From Spirochaetia bacterium (lineage in GTDB: Bacteria; Spirochaetota; Spirochaetia; SZUA-6; Bin103): 64,000 nt of DNA. The DNA lies in the NCBI GenBank assembly GCA_965203905.1, contig CBDBDQ010000005.1, positions 4,992,001 to 5,056,000 on the forward strand, read 5' to 3'. Positions 1-9,105 of the stretch are shown piece by piece. Each line of letters opens with the position of its first letter. The first letter of the stretch is position 1. The notes under the pieces were generated by a model that ran no database searches, was not told where the DNA came from, and was given only the letters and a program-made list of their open reading frames with translations. Both the position numbers and the translations under genes were made by a program.

Positions 1-1211
1 CCAGCGAGCTGACGGCGAGGGGTAAGCGCCCGCTTGCGCGACAGCATGAGCGCCGTCAGGGCTGACAGCCAGATGAGCACGGCGGCGAATACGTAGTTGG
101 CGGTCATGCCGGACCCCTGCGCCAGCCAGCCCCCGATCGCGGGAGCGATGAAGCCGAGACCGTTCAACGTGTAGATGAATCCCACCGCTGAGGCCAGGGA
201 CTCCTTGGCCGACCTGTCCGCGGCGGCGGTAAGGATGATCGGGCTGATCGGCATCGCCAGCCCCGCCACGGCCATCAGCAGGAGCAAGGCGGATGGCCAC
301 GGGACGAGACCGATGAGGAGCGCAATCACGCCGGAGATGGCGAGTGGCACGAACAGGGCCGTCCGTGCTCCCCAACGGCTGTAGATGAGTCCCATCAGAG
401 GCTTCGCGCCGACTCCCATCAGGAAATACAGGGTCAGCGCGATGCCGATGAGGGAGGTCTGCATGCCGAACCGATCGCTTGCCAGGAGAGGGAAGAAGCC
501 GATCAAGGTCTTGGTCGCCATGCCCTTCAGGGCGTACACGAGCGCGAGCAGGACGATGTCCCGATTCCCGATCACCATGGAGGTGAGCATCCGGACACTC
601 GACAGCGTGCGGCCGGTGGCGACGTTGGCCCGCTCGCCGCGGGGGAAGCGGATTCCGACCAGGGGCAGGATCAGCAGCGCCGGCAGCGTGCATACGGCGA
701 GGGCCAGTCGCCATCCCGCGGCCGTGGCAACCACCGCCTGCACCACCGGCATGACAGCGGCACCCAGGTTGCCCATCAGACTGTGCAACGAGATGGCGAA
801 GGCTCGACGGTGCCGAAACCGCTCCGCCGTGAGGGCGGTGCCGCACGGGTGATAGGCAGCGTTGCCGGCACCGGCCAGGAACGCCAGGACGGCGAGGGCG
901 GTGAATCCGCCCGCCCACTGCATGGCGAAATAGGAGGCGGAGGCGAGGGCCAGCCCGACGATGAGAATGGTCCTCTTGTTGCCGCTGTGATCGGCGGCGA
1001 CCGAGAGCGGGTAGAGGAACAAGAACGTCGCCAGGCTGAAGATGCTGAGCAGTGTTCCCGTGCGCAGGGTCGAGAGACCGAGTTCGGCAACGATGAGGGC
1101 CAGTACCGGAACCAGCAGGTTCGAGTATCCGTCGCTGAGCCCATGGGCGGAGCCGATGAGCCCGAGGTCGAGCCAGTCGCCCCGGCGGCTCTTCGAGCCC
1201 GATTCGTTCAA
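1..1211 (-). CDS. MFS transporter (3' end runs off the window)
   Basis: Manual translation from TTG at 1211: MNESGSKSRRGDWLDLGLIGSAHGLSDGYSNLLVPVL...AGAGNAAYHP...; many hydrophobic helices, Fsr-like motifs; no stop before position 1. Missing from the ORF track. Confidence 0.85.
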   Translation of the reverse strand, partial: MNESGSKSRRGDWLDLGLIGSAHGLSDGYSNLLVPVLALIVAELGLSTLRTGTLLSIFSLATFLFLYPLSVAADHSGNKRTILIVGLALASASYFAMQWAGGFTALAVLAFLAGAGNAAYHPCGTALTAERFRHRRAFAISLHSLMGNLGAAVMPVVQAVVATAAGWRLALAVCTLPALLILPLVGIRFPRGERANVATGRTLSSVRMLTSMVIGNRDIVLLALVYALKGMATKTLIGFFPLLASDRFGMQTSLIGIALTLYFLMGVGAKPLMGLIYSRWGARTALFVPLAISGVIALLIGLVPWPSALLLLMAVAGLAMPISPIILTAAADRSAKESLASAVGFIYTLNGLGFIAPAIGGWLAQGSGMTANYVFAAVLIWLSALTALMLSRKRALTPRRQLA

Positions 1212-1244
1212 CCGGCTATCCCCGGTTCAACCGACTATCCCCGG
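1207..1244. repeat. 19-bp tandem duplication spanning the hydrolase stop and MFS start
   Basis: ttcaaccggctatccccgg / ttcaaccgactatccccgg (1 mismatch). Confidence 0.8.
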
Positions 1245-3544
1245 CTGGGCCAGTTCAGGTGGCGGTGGAGGAAGTCGAAGGTGCCGACGCCGTGGATCGA
1301 GTGGGGGCCGTTGAACACCTCCATCTCGGTGCGGTCGCCGAGGCCCAGCAGGTCGTAGCGGCGGCGGGTCCGCGCGTACTCGTAGGCCACCCACTCGTCG
1401 GGAGCCACGCCGTCGTGGTGTCCGCGCTCGACCATGAAGGGACGCGGGCAGATCAGCCAGCTCATCTCCGCGTAGTTGAAGGTGTTGGCGAGGTCGAACT
1501 CGTACATGTCGTACTCGCCCGTGGTCAGATAGCCGCAGGGGTGACGCGCCGAGACGTTCTTCCAGACCCACTCGTTGTAGTCGGCGGAGCAGATGGACAG
1601 GCAGTAGCCGTCCAGCACCGCGGGGATTCTCATGGCCGTCTTGCCGCCGTAGCTGAGTCCGTAGAACGCGATGCGCGCGGGATCCACGAAGGCCAGCCCG
1701 GCGAGCCAGCGGAGCACACACTCGTGCTGGCGGACGATCACGGAATAGAGGGACTGCTGCAGGGGGTGTGACTTGCGCACCAGGACCCGGAACCGGTCTT
1801 CGCCGATGTAGGGATTCTGCGGCGCGAAGGTGATGAATCCGCGTTCGGCGAGGCGGCAGGCGAACTGGTGGTAGGTGTCGTTCTCGACGTTCGGGTCCGC
1901 GGTGTCCTGGGGGCGGCCTTCCAGTCCGTGCTGGCACACCACCACCGGCCGGCGCTCGCCGCGCCGGATCCCCTCGGGAACCAGGAGAATGCCGTACGCG
2001 AACACCTCGGGATAGAGATCCAGGACCACTTCGTAACCCTTGAATCGGGAGGTCTCGTAGACCAGGCGGGTGCGCGGATGGGGCGCCGACTCGGCATCCG
2101 GCGAGCGCCCCAGGAGTTCCTCTTCCATGTAGGCGCGGTACCAGGCGCAGCTTCTGCGCCATGCCTCGGGGTCGGATTCGTCGGCGCGGGACCAGAACTC
2201 TTCGCGCCGGTACTGCGACTCGCGCATGAGATGCTGAGTGTCGTCCATGAGCTGCCTGAGCTGCCGCTTCATCCGCGCCGCGGCGTCCGTGGACGAGCGC
2301 ATGCGGCCGGGCGCGGGCGCGGCCACCGCCAGGGAGCGGGCAGTGCCGAGCGCCCGCAGGAACGACGCCAGCGCCGGTTCGCTGCCGGGCAGACCCTGTC
2401 CGTCGCCGCTTCTCACGCAGCGGAAGTCAGGGGCGGGGTCAAGCCCGGCCACGAGCCCCCGAGCGCGCTCGAATTCCCGCTCCACCGCCGTGACCTCCGG
2501 CGTGTCGATGACTCCGGGCGCCGCGCTGGCTTCCCGGTCCGGTGTGGGAGCGGGCGGCCCTGCCACCTCCGGGTGCCGGCAAGCCTCCACCACCAGGGCG
2601 CGGGGCGCTATCAGGCCGGCGAGCTCGGCGTCGCCGAACTCGATGAGCAGCGACCAGACGTTGCGGTAGATGGGCTGCCGCCATAGCGTGTCCCGGGGGC
2701 CGAAGTACCCGGCGACTCCGGCAGCCCGGATCCTTCGATCCACCGCCGCGGCGAACAGCGCGACGAGCCCGCCCTCGCCGTAGCCGAACACGCCGAGCGG
2801 CTGCCGGCCGTGCTCCCGGATGAGCCAGTCCGCGGCCGCCAGCAGCTTCTGGACTTCGTAGCCGATGATGTGCCGGCCCAGCTCGTAGGCGGCGCGATAC
2901 ACGAACTCGCGGTGCGGCTGGTTGGTCATGCGGAAGCCCTCGACACCGGACCACGTGTCGCGGCGGTCGATCAGCACGGGGACCACCACGCGGCATCCGT
3001 TCTCGGCCAGGCGCCGGGGAAACTGCGCGTCCGCGGGCACGCCGGGCTCCAGGCCGCAGGCGGCCTCCGGGGTCCAGTCGCAGTCCGGCAGCGCCACCAC
3101 GTTGGCCACGGCCGGCCCCGACGGCTGCAGCAGGAGGCCTTCCCCCTCGATCCCCCGAAACACGTTCCAGCGCACCCGCTCGACCCGGTATCCCGCGCCT
3201 TCCGCGACCAGCACCGGCTGCCGGTGGGTTGCCAGCAGGTGCATCTCCACCTCGTCGCGCCGGTCCACGAGGCCGATGATATTGCGCAAGCGCTGCCGTC
3301 TGGCCGCGACCGACGACTCGTAGGCCTCGGGGCTCGTGACGTCGCGCTGCCACCGACCAGGCCGGCGGTCCACCACGGCCTGGAGCTGGCGCGCGAGGAA
3401 GCGATCGATCCCGGCAACCATCTGCGCGGCCAGGTCGCCGGGCAGCGCCAGCGGGGCGGTGCCCGGCAGAGGCCGGGCATCGGCGCCGGCTCCCGCTTCG
3501 GTGGCCGGTCCGTCGCGGCGGTCTGGTGCACTCCCGTCGTCCAT
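1235..3544 (-). CDS. Two-domain alpha/beta hydrolase (dienelactone hydrolase/acetylxylan esterase-like)
   Basis: Start MDDGSAP at 3544; nucleophile elbows GYGEGG (domain 1) and GLSYGG (domain 2); HGLEG and C-terminal GPHSIH motifs. Confidence 0.8.
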   Translation of the reverse strand: MDDGSAPDRRDGPATEAGAGADARPLPGTAPLALPGDLAAQMVAGIDRFLARQLQAVVDRRPGRWQRDVTSPEAYESSVAARRQRLRNIIGLVDRRDEVEMHLLATHRQPVLVAEGAGYRVERVRWNVFRGIEGEGLLLQPSGPAVANVVALPDCDWTPEAACGLEPGVPADAQFPRRLAENGCRVVVPVLIDRRDTWSGVEGFRMTNQPHREFVYRAAYELGRHIIGYEVQKLLAAADWLIREHGRQPLGVFGYGEGGLVALFAAAVDRRIRAAGVAGYFGPRDTLWRQPIYRNVWSLLIEFGDAELAGLIAPRALVVEACRHPEVAGPPAPTPDREASAAPGVIDTPEVTAVEREFERARGLVAGLDPAPDFRCVRSGDGQGLPGSEPALASFLRALGTARSLAVAAPAPGRMRSSTDAAARMKRQLRQLMDDTQHLMRESQYRREEFWSRADESDPEAWRRSCAWYRAYMEEELLGRSPDAESAPHPRTRLVYETSRFKGYEVVLDLYPEVFAYGILLVPEGIRRGERRPVVVCQHGLEGRPQDTADPNVENDTYHQFACRLAERGFITFAPQNPYIGEDRFRVLVRKSHPLQQSLYSVIVRQHECVLRWLAGLAFVDPARIAFYGLSYGGKTAMRIPAVLDGYCLSICSADYNEWVWKNVSARHPCGYLTTGEYDMYEFDLANTFNYAEMSWLICPRPFMVERGHHDGVAPDEWVAYEYARTRRRYDLLGLGDRTEMEVFNGPHSIHGVGTFDFLHRHLNWPSRG

Positions 3545-3546
3545 CG

Positions 3547-6500
3547 TTACTCCTCGCCCACCGTGAGCTGCCCCACGCTCGACTTGCCGAACTCCGGCCG
3601 CGCCACCCACCACGGCCCGTCCGCCTCCAGGCGGAGCCGCTCACCGCGGAACTCGGCCCTGGCAATCGCCTTGCCGTCAGCGCCGCGGAGACGGAGCTCC
3701 ACCTGGCCGAACCCGTGCAGATCCAGGCTCCGGCCGGCGTCCGCCGCGGAGGGCTCGACGTGCACCCGCGGGTCCGCGACCAGGACGGTCAGTCCCGGCG
3801 TGGACAGCACCGTGCTCAGCCGGCCTTCCTCCACGGTGAGCGGCAGCCACTCCCCACCCAGCCGCAGCCGGCACCCGCGCCGGCCCCGGGCCTCCGTCCA
3901 GTCGGTGTTCAGCAGGTGCACGGTCGTGACCTCGCTGTCGGGCTCCTGGCGCACGGTGTAGTAGACGTCGCCGCTCGGGTCTTCCAGCTCCACCGGCGCC
4001 TCCACCTGCCCGGCCAGGCCGTGGATGAGGTCGGTCATCAGCGGCGCGAGGAAGGAGTTGCCGGGGTAGTCGTGGGTCAGCAGGACGTACACCACGCCGC
4101 GTCCCACGCGGTGGCGGACGACGACCGGCTCGCCCGTGGCCTCGTCGCAGGCGAGCACTTCCGCACCGGCCAGCTCGACCGCCTCCCGGCACACCAGCGG
4201 GTGCCGCGGCTGCACCGGCGGGCCGTCCTCGCCGGCGTAGCGGTACACCTTTCCGGCGGCGAGCGGGTTGTCGCGGGCGGCGAGCACCCGCACCGCGGAC
4301 AGCCGCTCGGCCTTGCCCCTGGCGCGCACCCCCAGGAGATCGGCGAAGTCGCCGTCCCGCAGCAGGTTCAGCGACTCCAGGTCTTCCAGCAGGAACGTGC
4401 GCGACTCGTTGGTGGTGAGGTGAGGGATGCCGAGGAACAGGGTGCCGCCGCCCTTCACGTATTGCACCATGCGCCGGTAGCTCTCCTCGTCGGCGGTGTT
4501 CCACCCCAGCAGCATGAGGAGCTGGAACTCCGACCACACTTCCGCCGGGGCTGCGATCGGAATCAGCTCCAGCTCGCCGTAGGGAGTGCCGGAGTACCAG
4601 CGCCGCACCCGCTGCGGACTCTGCTCCAGCGTGTGCAGCCAGACCCCGGGAAAGAACACGTCCAGGTAGCGCAGCCCGTACTCCGGTGTTGAGGGCCGCC
4701 ATTCCGGAGTGTTCGCGCCGCAGAAGCGCCAGACCATCGGGGGAATGCCCTGCCGGCGGCTGTCGGCGAGGCCGTCCGCCAGGTCGCAGGCGAAGCGGCC
4801 CGTCAGCAGCGCCTGCCTGACCCGCGGCTGACCGCGGCGCGGATGGCTGCGCACGAAGCGGTGGAACTCCCGCAGGATCTCCTGCCGCCGGCGCGGGAAC
4901 CGGTCGCCCAGGCTGTACAGCCGCTCGTGGTAGTTTCGCAGCAGGGACTCCTCGTCGTTGACGAAGGAGGAGCCCGCGATGTAGGCGAGGTAGATGGAGA
5001 GCCACCACATGCGCAGGGTGTCGTCGCCCTCCGGGTGCTTGTGGGCGCCCTCGGCGATGTAGGTGCCCCACACCGGCCGCCGCCAGGCCCGCGCCGCGCC
5101 GCGCGCGTCGGCCAGCAGCAGCACGTTGTGCATCTTGTTGAACTGCGCCGAGCACAGGTCCGCGCCTGCCGCGTAGGAGTGGCCGTGGCACAGCACCGTG
5201 ATCATGTCCACGACGTCGGTGCCGGGATCGCGCTCCTTGACCAGTGCCAGGAGGCCCTTGCGGAAGGCCACGTAGGCCTCGTGCGCGGTGCGCATGGTGC
5301 GTTCGGCCTCCGGGGTCTCCTGCTTCACCGGGGCGATCTCGTAGCCGAACAGCGGGCCGTCGAGCTCGGTGAGCATCCAGCCGGCGAAGAACGGCCCGCC
5401 CTCGCGCTTGGCCGCGATGGTCCACCGCGGCGGCACCACGTGCGCCATCATGAAGTGGATGCCCAGTTTCCGGCACAGCCGGGCGAGGGAAACGGCGTGC
5501 GCCTCGTCCCGCACCTTGCGGAACACGCAGTAGTTGCCCAGCCCGGTCTCCGCCAGGAGCCGCAGGCAGCGCTCCAGGTATCCCGGCGGGCGCCACGGCA
5601 GCGCGCAGGTCTCCATGCCCACCCGCATCGGAAACGCCTCGGCCTCGGTGCCCACCACCTGCGCGATGCCCGCTTCGCTGCTCACCTGGTCGGCGCAGAA
5701 GCGGAGCCTGGCGTCGGCCAGGGGCTGCTCGGCGCGCACCCGGAGCCGGTGGTCGCCGGCGCCCAGTTCCGCGGGCAGCTCGGTGAGCGCACGCAGGCCG
5801 TCCGGAAGCTGCGCGCGCACGCCGCGCAGCGTGCGCCTGGCCGACAGCTCGATCGCGAACTCTTCGCCGAGCCGGACCCAGGACGGGCACCGGCTGACCT
5901 CCAGGTCGCGCCGCTCCGTCTCCTCCAGAAACACCCTGCCCAGCAGGAGGTAGTCCCGCTGCCCGCCGTCGCTGTGCAACCGCAACGTGTTGCTCCCGGC
6001 CTGGAACAAGTCCCGCGGCAGGTCGACGACGATCTCCTCCATCATGGGATGCCGGTACTGTTCCCAGAAGGGCTGCCAGCCCTCGCTGATGTGGTGCTCG
6101 TTGAAGGAGACCCGGTACTGCAGGCAGGTGTTCCTGCCGTCCTCGCCGACCTGCTGCGGCGGGTCCCCGGCCCGGTCCGGCACGGCCGCGTTGCAGCGGA
6201 AGGTGGCGCGTACCACCCGGCTCACGCCCGGCTCGTCCGCGCCCCAGTCGGGCTGCTGGAACGAAACCTCGGCGCCGCGGCCGGGAGCGATCCAGACCCA
6301 GTCGGTCCGGTTCCAGCGGTGCACGGGACCCCTGATGGAAGCCGCCTCCATGAAGTCGCGCCAGCGCCCGTCGCCCCGGGTCATCGCGGCGATCTCCTCG
6401 GGAGTGTCGAGGTTCGTGTCATGCCCATCGAGCAGGGCCGTGAGGTCGACATTGCTGTAACGGAACCCGACGTGCCGGCTGATCTGCCTGCGGGCGGTGA

Positions 6501-6825
6501 TCTCGGCGATGCTGAAGCGCAGCGTGGCGGCCTTGGTGCGCACCTCCACCACCGTCTCCGGCCCGCCTTCCACCTCGAACAGCACCCCGCCGAAGCGGTA
6601 GCGCGCCGAATCGGCGTGCCAGTGCCAGAACGGCCGCTCCAGGGGGATCTGCTTCTCCCAGCACGGCGTCCCGGGCCCGTGCAGGCGCAGCAGGGAGCAG
6701 CGCACGACCCTGCCGCCGGTGACGAACACGCCGCCGTCCCAGCAGTAGTCCTCGTGGTGGAACGGCTGCTGTGCGTACATCATGTAGTAGCCCCAGTGCA
6801 CTCTCAGGGCGTGGTTCTCGGGCAC
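3547..6825 (-). CDS. Large uncharacterised glycoside-hydrolase-like protein (paralog of 18380..21787)
   Basis: 1092 aa; C-terminal YVKGGGTLFL segment resembles the beta-galactosidase trimerisation (GATase-like) domain; lies in an ABC uptake operon. Confidence 0.6.
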   Translation of the reverse strand: MPENHALRVHWGYYMMYAQQPFHHEDYCWDGGVFVTGGRVVRCSLLRLHGPGTPCWEKQIPLERPFWHWHADSARYRFGGVLFEVEGGPETVVEVRTKAATLRFSIAEITARRQISRHVGFRYSNVDLTALLDGHDTNLDTPEEIAAMTRGDGRWRDFMEAASIRGPVHRWNRTDWVWIAPGRGAEVSFQQPDWGADEPGVSRVVRATFRCNAAVPDRAGDPPQQVGEDGRNTCLQYRVSFNEHHISEGWQPFWEQYRHPMMEEIVVDLPRDLFQAGSNTLRLHSDGGQRDYLLLGRVFLEETERRDLEVSRCPSWVRLGEEFAIELSARRTLRGVRAQLPDGLRALTELPAELGAGDHRLRVRAEQPLADARLRFCADQVSSEAGIAQVVGTEAEAFPMRVGMETCALPWRPPGYLERCLRLLAETGLGNYCVFRKVRDEAHAVSLARLCRKLGIHFMMAHVVPPRWTIAAKREGGPFFAGWMLTELDGPLFGYEIAPVKQETPEAERTMRTAHEAYVAFRKGLLALVKERDPGTDVVDMITVLCHGHSYAAGADLCSAQFNKMHNVLLLADARGAARAWRRPVWGTYIAEGAHKHPEGDDTLRMWWLSIYLAYIAGSSFVNDEESLLRNYHERLYSLGDRFPRRRQEILREFHRFVRSHPRRGQPRVRQALLTGRFACDLADGLADSRRQGIPPMVWRFCGANTPEWRPSTPEYGLRYLDVFFPGVWLHTLEQSPQRVRRWYSGTPYGELELIPIAAPAEVWSEFQLLMLLGWNTADEESYRRMVQYVKGGGTLFLGIPHLTTNESRTFLLEDLESLNLLRDGDFADLLGVRARGKAERLSAVRVLAARDNPLAAGKVYRYAGEDGPPVQPRHPLVCREAVELAGAEVLACDEATGEPVVVRHRVGRGVVYVLLTHDYPGNSFLAPLMTDLIHGLAGQVEAPVELEDPSGDVYYTVRQEPDSEVTTVHLLNTDWTEARGRRGCRLRLGGEWLPLTVEEGRLSTVLSTPGLTVLVADPRVHVEPSAADAGRSLDLHGFGQVELRLRGADGKAIARAEFRGERLRLEADGPWWVARPEFGKSSVGQLTVGEE

Positions 6826-6840
6826 GAGGTTATGGCTCCG

Positions 6841-7971
6841 TCAGCGCTGGTACGGGTCCGCGGCATCGCGCAGCCCGTCACCCAGAAAGTTGAAGCTCAG
6901 CACCACCACGATGACGAGCAGGCCCGGCAGCAGCAGCCACGGCGTGTGGTACAGCGTGCGTATGTTCTGCGCGTCCTGCAGCAGCACCCCCCAGCTCACG
7001 GTGGGCGGCCGCAGCCCCAGCCCGATGAAGCTCAGCGCCGTCTCCCCCAGGATCATCCCGGGTATGGACAGGGTGACGTTGACGATCAGGTAGCTGAGGA
7101 ACGACGGCAGCAGGTGGCTCACGATGGTCTTGAGCTCGCCGGTGCCGGCGATCCGCGCCGCCATCACGAAGTCCTCCTCGCGGGAGGCGATCAGCTTGCT
7201 GCGCACCGTCCGCGCCAGCCCGGGCCAGCCGAACAGGGACAGGATCACGGTGATGCCGAAGTAGACTCTGAGCTGGGGCCATTCCGGCGGCAGTGCCGCG
7301 CTCAGGGCCATCCACAGGGGCAGCGTGGGAATCGACACCAGGAAGTCGATGACGCGCTGGATGGCCATGTCCACGGGCCCCCCGAAGAATCCCGAGATGC
7401 CTCCCAGCAGACAGCCGAGAATGAAGCTCAGCGCGACACCGATCAGCCCGATCGAGAGGGAGATCCGCATCGCCGAGACGGTCCGCGACATCAGGTCGCG
7501 CCCCAGCGGGTCGGTACCGAACAGGTGCAGCGTGCCGTCAGCGATGCCGACCAGGTGCAGGTCGCTCTGGACCAGGCCCCACATCTTGTATTTGTCGCCG
7601 CGCACCAGGAAGCGGATGGGATGCACCTTCTCGGGATCGGGCGTGTAGATCCTGCGCCACGTGACCGGATCCTCGCTCACCTGCAGGCCGTAGACGAAGG
7701 GTGCGCGCAGCCTGCCCTGGTCGAAGAACCGGACTCTCTGCGGCGGCGCGTTGATGAGGTCCTCGTCGCGCCTGGTGACACTCTGCGTCGCGAAGAACTC
7801 GGCGAAGAGTGCAATGAGGTACAGGCAGAGCAGCAGGATGCCCCCGCCCATGGCGAAGCGGTGCCGCTTGAGCTTGCGCCACATGAGCTGCCACTGCGAG
7901 GCGATGAAGAGCGCCTCGGCCGCTGTCGTGGTCGTTTCGTCCGGGTGTTCGGTCGGCAGGGTTTCGTTCAC
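6841..7971 (-). CDS. ABC transporter permease, OppC/DppC type
   Basis: FGTDPLGRD, EEDFVMAARIAG, ETALSFIGLG, FNFLGDGLRDAADP motifs. Confidence 0.92.
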   Translation of the reverse strand: MNETLPTEHPDETTTTAAEALFIASQWQLMWRKLKRHRFAMGGGILLLCLYLIALFAEFFATQSVTRRDEDLINAPPQRVRFFDQGRLRAPFVYGLQVSEDPVTWRRIYTPDPEKVHPIRFLVRGDKYKMWGLVQSDLHLVGIADGTLHLFGTDPLGRDLMSRTVSAMRISLSIGLIGVALSFILGCLLGGISGFFGGPVDMAIQRVIDFLVSIPTLPLWMALSAALPPEWPQLRVYFGITVILSLFGWPGLARTVRSKLIASREEDFVMAARIAGTGELKTIVSHLLPSFLSYLIVNVTLSIPGMILGETALSFIGLGLRPPTVSWGVLLQDAQNIRTLYHTPWLLLPGLLVIVVVLSFNFLGDGLRDAADPYQR

Positions 7972-7974
7972 GGC

Positions 7975-8967
7975 TCAGTTCGTCTTCTCGTAGCGGATGC
8001 GGGGGTCCACGATCACGAGCAGTATGTCGGATACGAAGGACCCGATGATGGTAAGAAATGCGAGCACCATCACGGCGCTCCCGGCCAGGTACATGTCCAG
8101 GCTGGTGAGCGCCGACAGGATCAGCGGCCCGATGGTCGGCAGGCTCAGCACGATCTCCACGATGGCACCGCCTGAGACGATTCCCGGCAGCATCCAGCCG
8201 ATGGTGCTGACGATGGGGTTGATGGCAATCCGTATCGGGTACTTGAAGAGCAGCTTCTGCTCGTCCAGGCCCTTGGAGCGGGCGGTCACGACGTAGGGTT
8301 TGCTCAGCTCGTCCAGCAGGCATCCCCGCATCACCCGGATCAGGCCCGCGGTGCCGGCCAGGGCCTCTACCACGATGGCAACCACGAGGTGCTTCATCAT
8401 GTCCAGGACCTTGTCGACGCTCCACTCCGCCAACTGGTATTGGGGCGAGAACAGCCCGCCGGCGCCGAACCCCAGCGTGTTCTCGAGCAGCAGCATGAGC
8501 GCCAGGGCCAGCAGGAACCCGGGGGTGGCGATTCCCATGAACCCGACCACCGTGAACGCGTAGTCACCGATGGAGTACTGGTGCGTCGCCGAGTAGATCC
8601 CGATGGGGACGGCGATGGCGTACACCAGGACGGTGGCGAGAAGGTTGATGGCCAGGGTGAGGGGCAGCCGCTCCATGATCAGGTCCGCCACCGGCTGTTC
8701 GAACTTGAAGGATCTTCCCAGGTCGCCCTGCAGCATGCGCCACACCCAGCCCAGGAACTGCTGCACCGGTGGCTGGTCCAGGCCGTAGAGCCGCTTCAGG
8801 GACTCGATCTCGGCCTCTGCCACGACCTGTCCCTGCGCCATGAGCTGGGCGACCTTGATGTCGACGTAGTCCGAGGGCGGGAGCTGGATGATGATGAAGG
8901 AAACGATCGAGATCACCACCATGAGAATGATCATGTAGAAGAAGCGCCTTATGGCGTATCCGACCAT
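7975..8967 (-). CDS. ABC transporter permease, OppB/DppB type
   Basis: YVVTARSKGL, GDLGRSF, VDPRIRY motifs. Confidence 0.92.
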   Translation of the reverse strand: MVGYAIRRFFYMIILMVVISIVSFIIIQLPPSDYVDIKVAQLMAQGQVVAEAEIESLKRLYGLDQPPVQQFLGWVWRMLQGDLGRSFKFEQPVADLIMERLPLTLAINLLATVLVYAIAVPIGIYSATHQYSIGDYAFTVVGFMGIATPGFLLALALMLLLENTLGFGAGGLFSPQYQLAEWSVDKVLDMMKHLVVAIVVEALAGTAGLIRVMRGCLLDELSKPYVVTARSKGLDEQKLLFKYPIRIAINPIVSTIGWMLPGIVSGGAIVEIVLSLPTIGPLILSALTSLDMYLAGSAVMVLAFLTIIGSFVSDILLVIVDPRIRYEKTN

Positions 8968-9070
8968 CTATCCGGCGTCCCTCCCTGCGTATCGCCTCGA
9001 AACCGCCGCCTCGCGGCACCGCCTTCGGCCCAGCCCCACCCACCGTACGGAGCCCTGCTCCTGTGCCGCC

Positions 9071-9101
9071 GCCCGGGCGGCGCAACGGCCGCCGCCCGGG
9101 C
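9071..9101. terminator. GC-rich hairpin between SBP and permease (mRNA stabiliser or attenuator)
   Basis: Perfect 11-bp inverted repeat gcccgggcggc / gccgcccgggc. Confidence 0.5.
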
Positions 9102-9105
9102 AACG

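Noticed and set aside
4843-8175. Very long alternative-frame ORFs (4843..8175 +, 31525..34446 +, 12189..14780 -, 9190..11196 + and others)
   Set aside because: Antisense or shifted-frame shadows of well-supported genes, as expected in high-GC DNA; no recognisable motifs.
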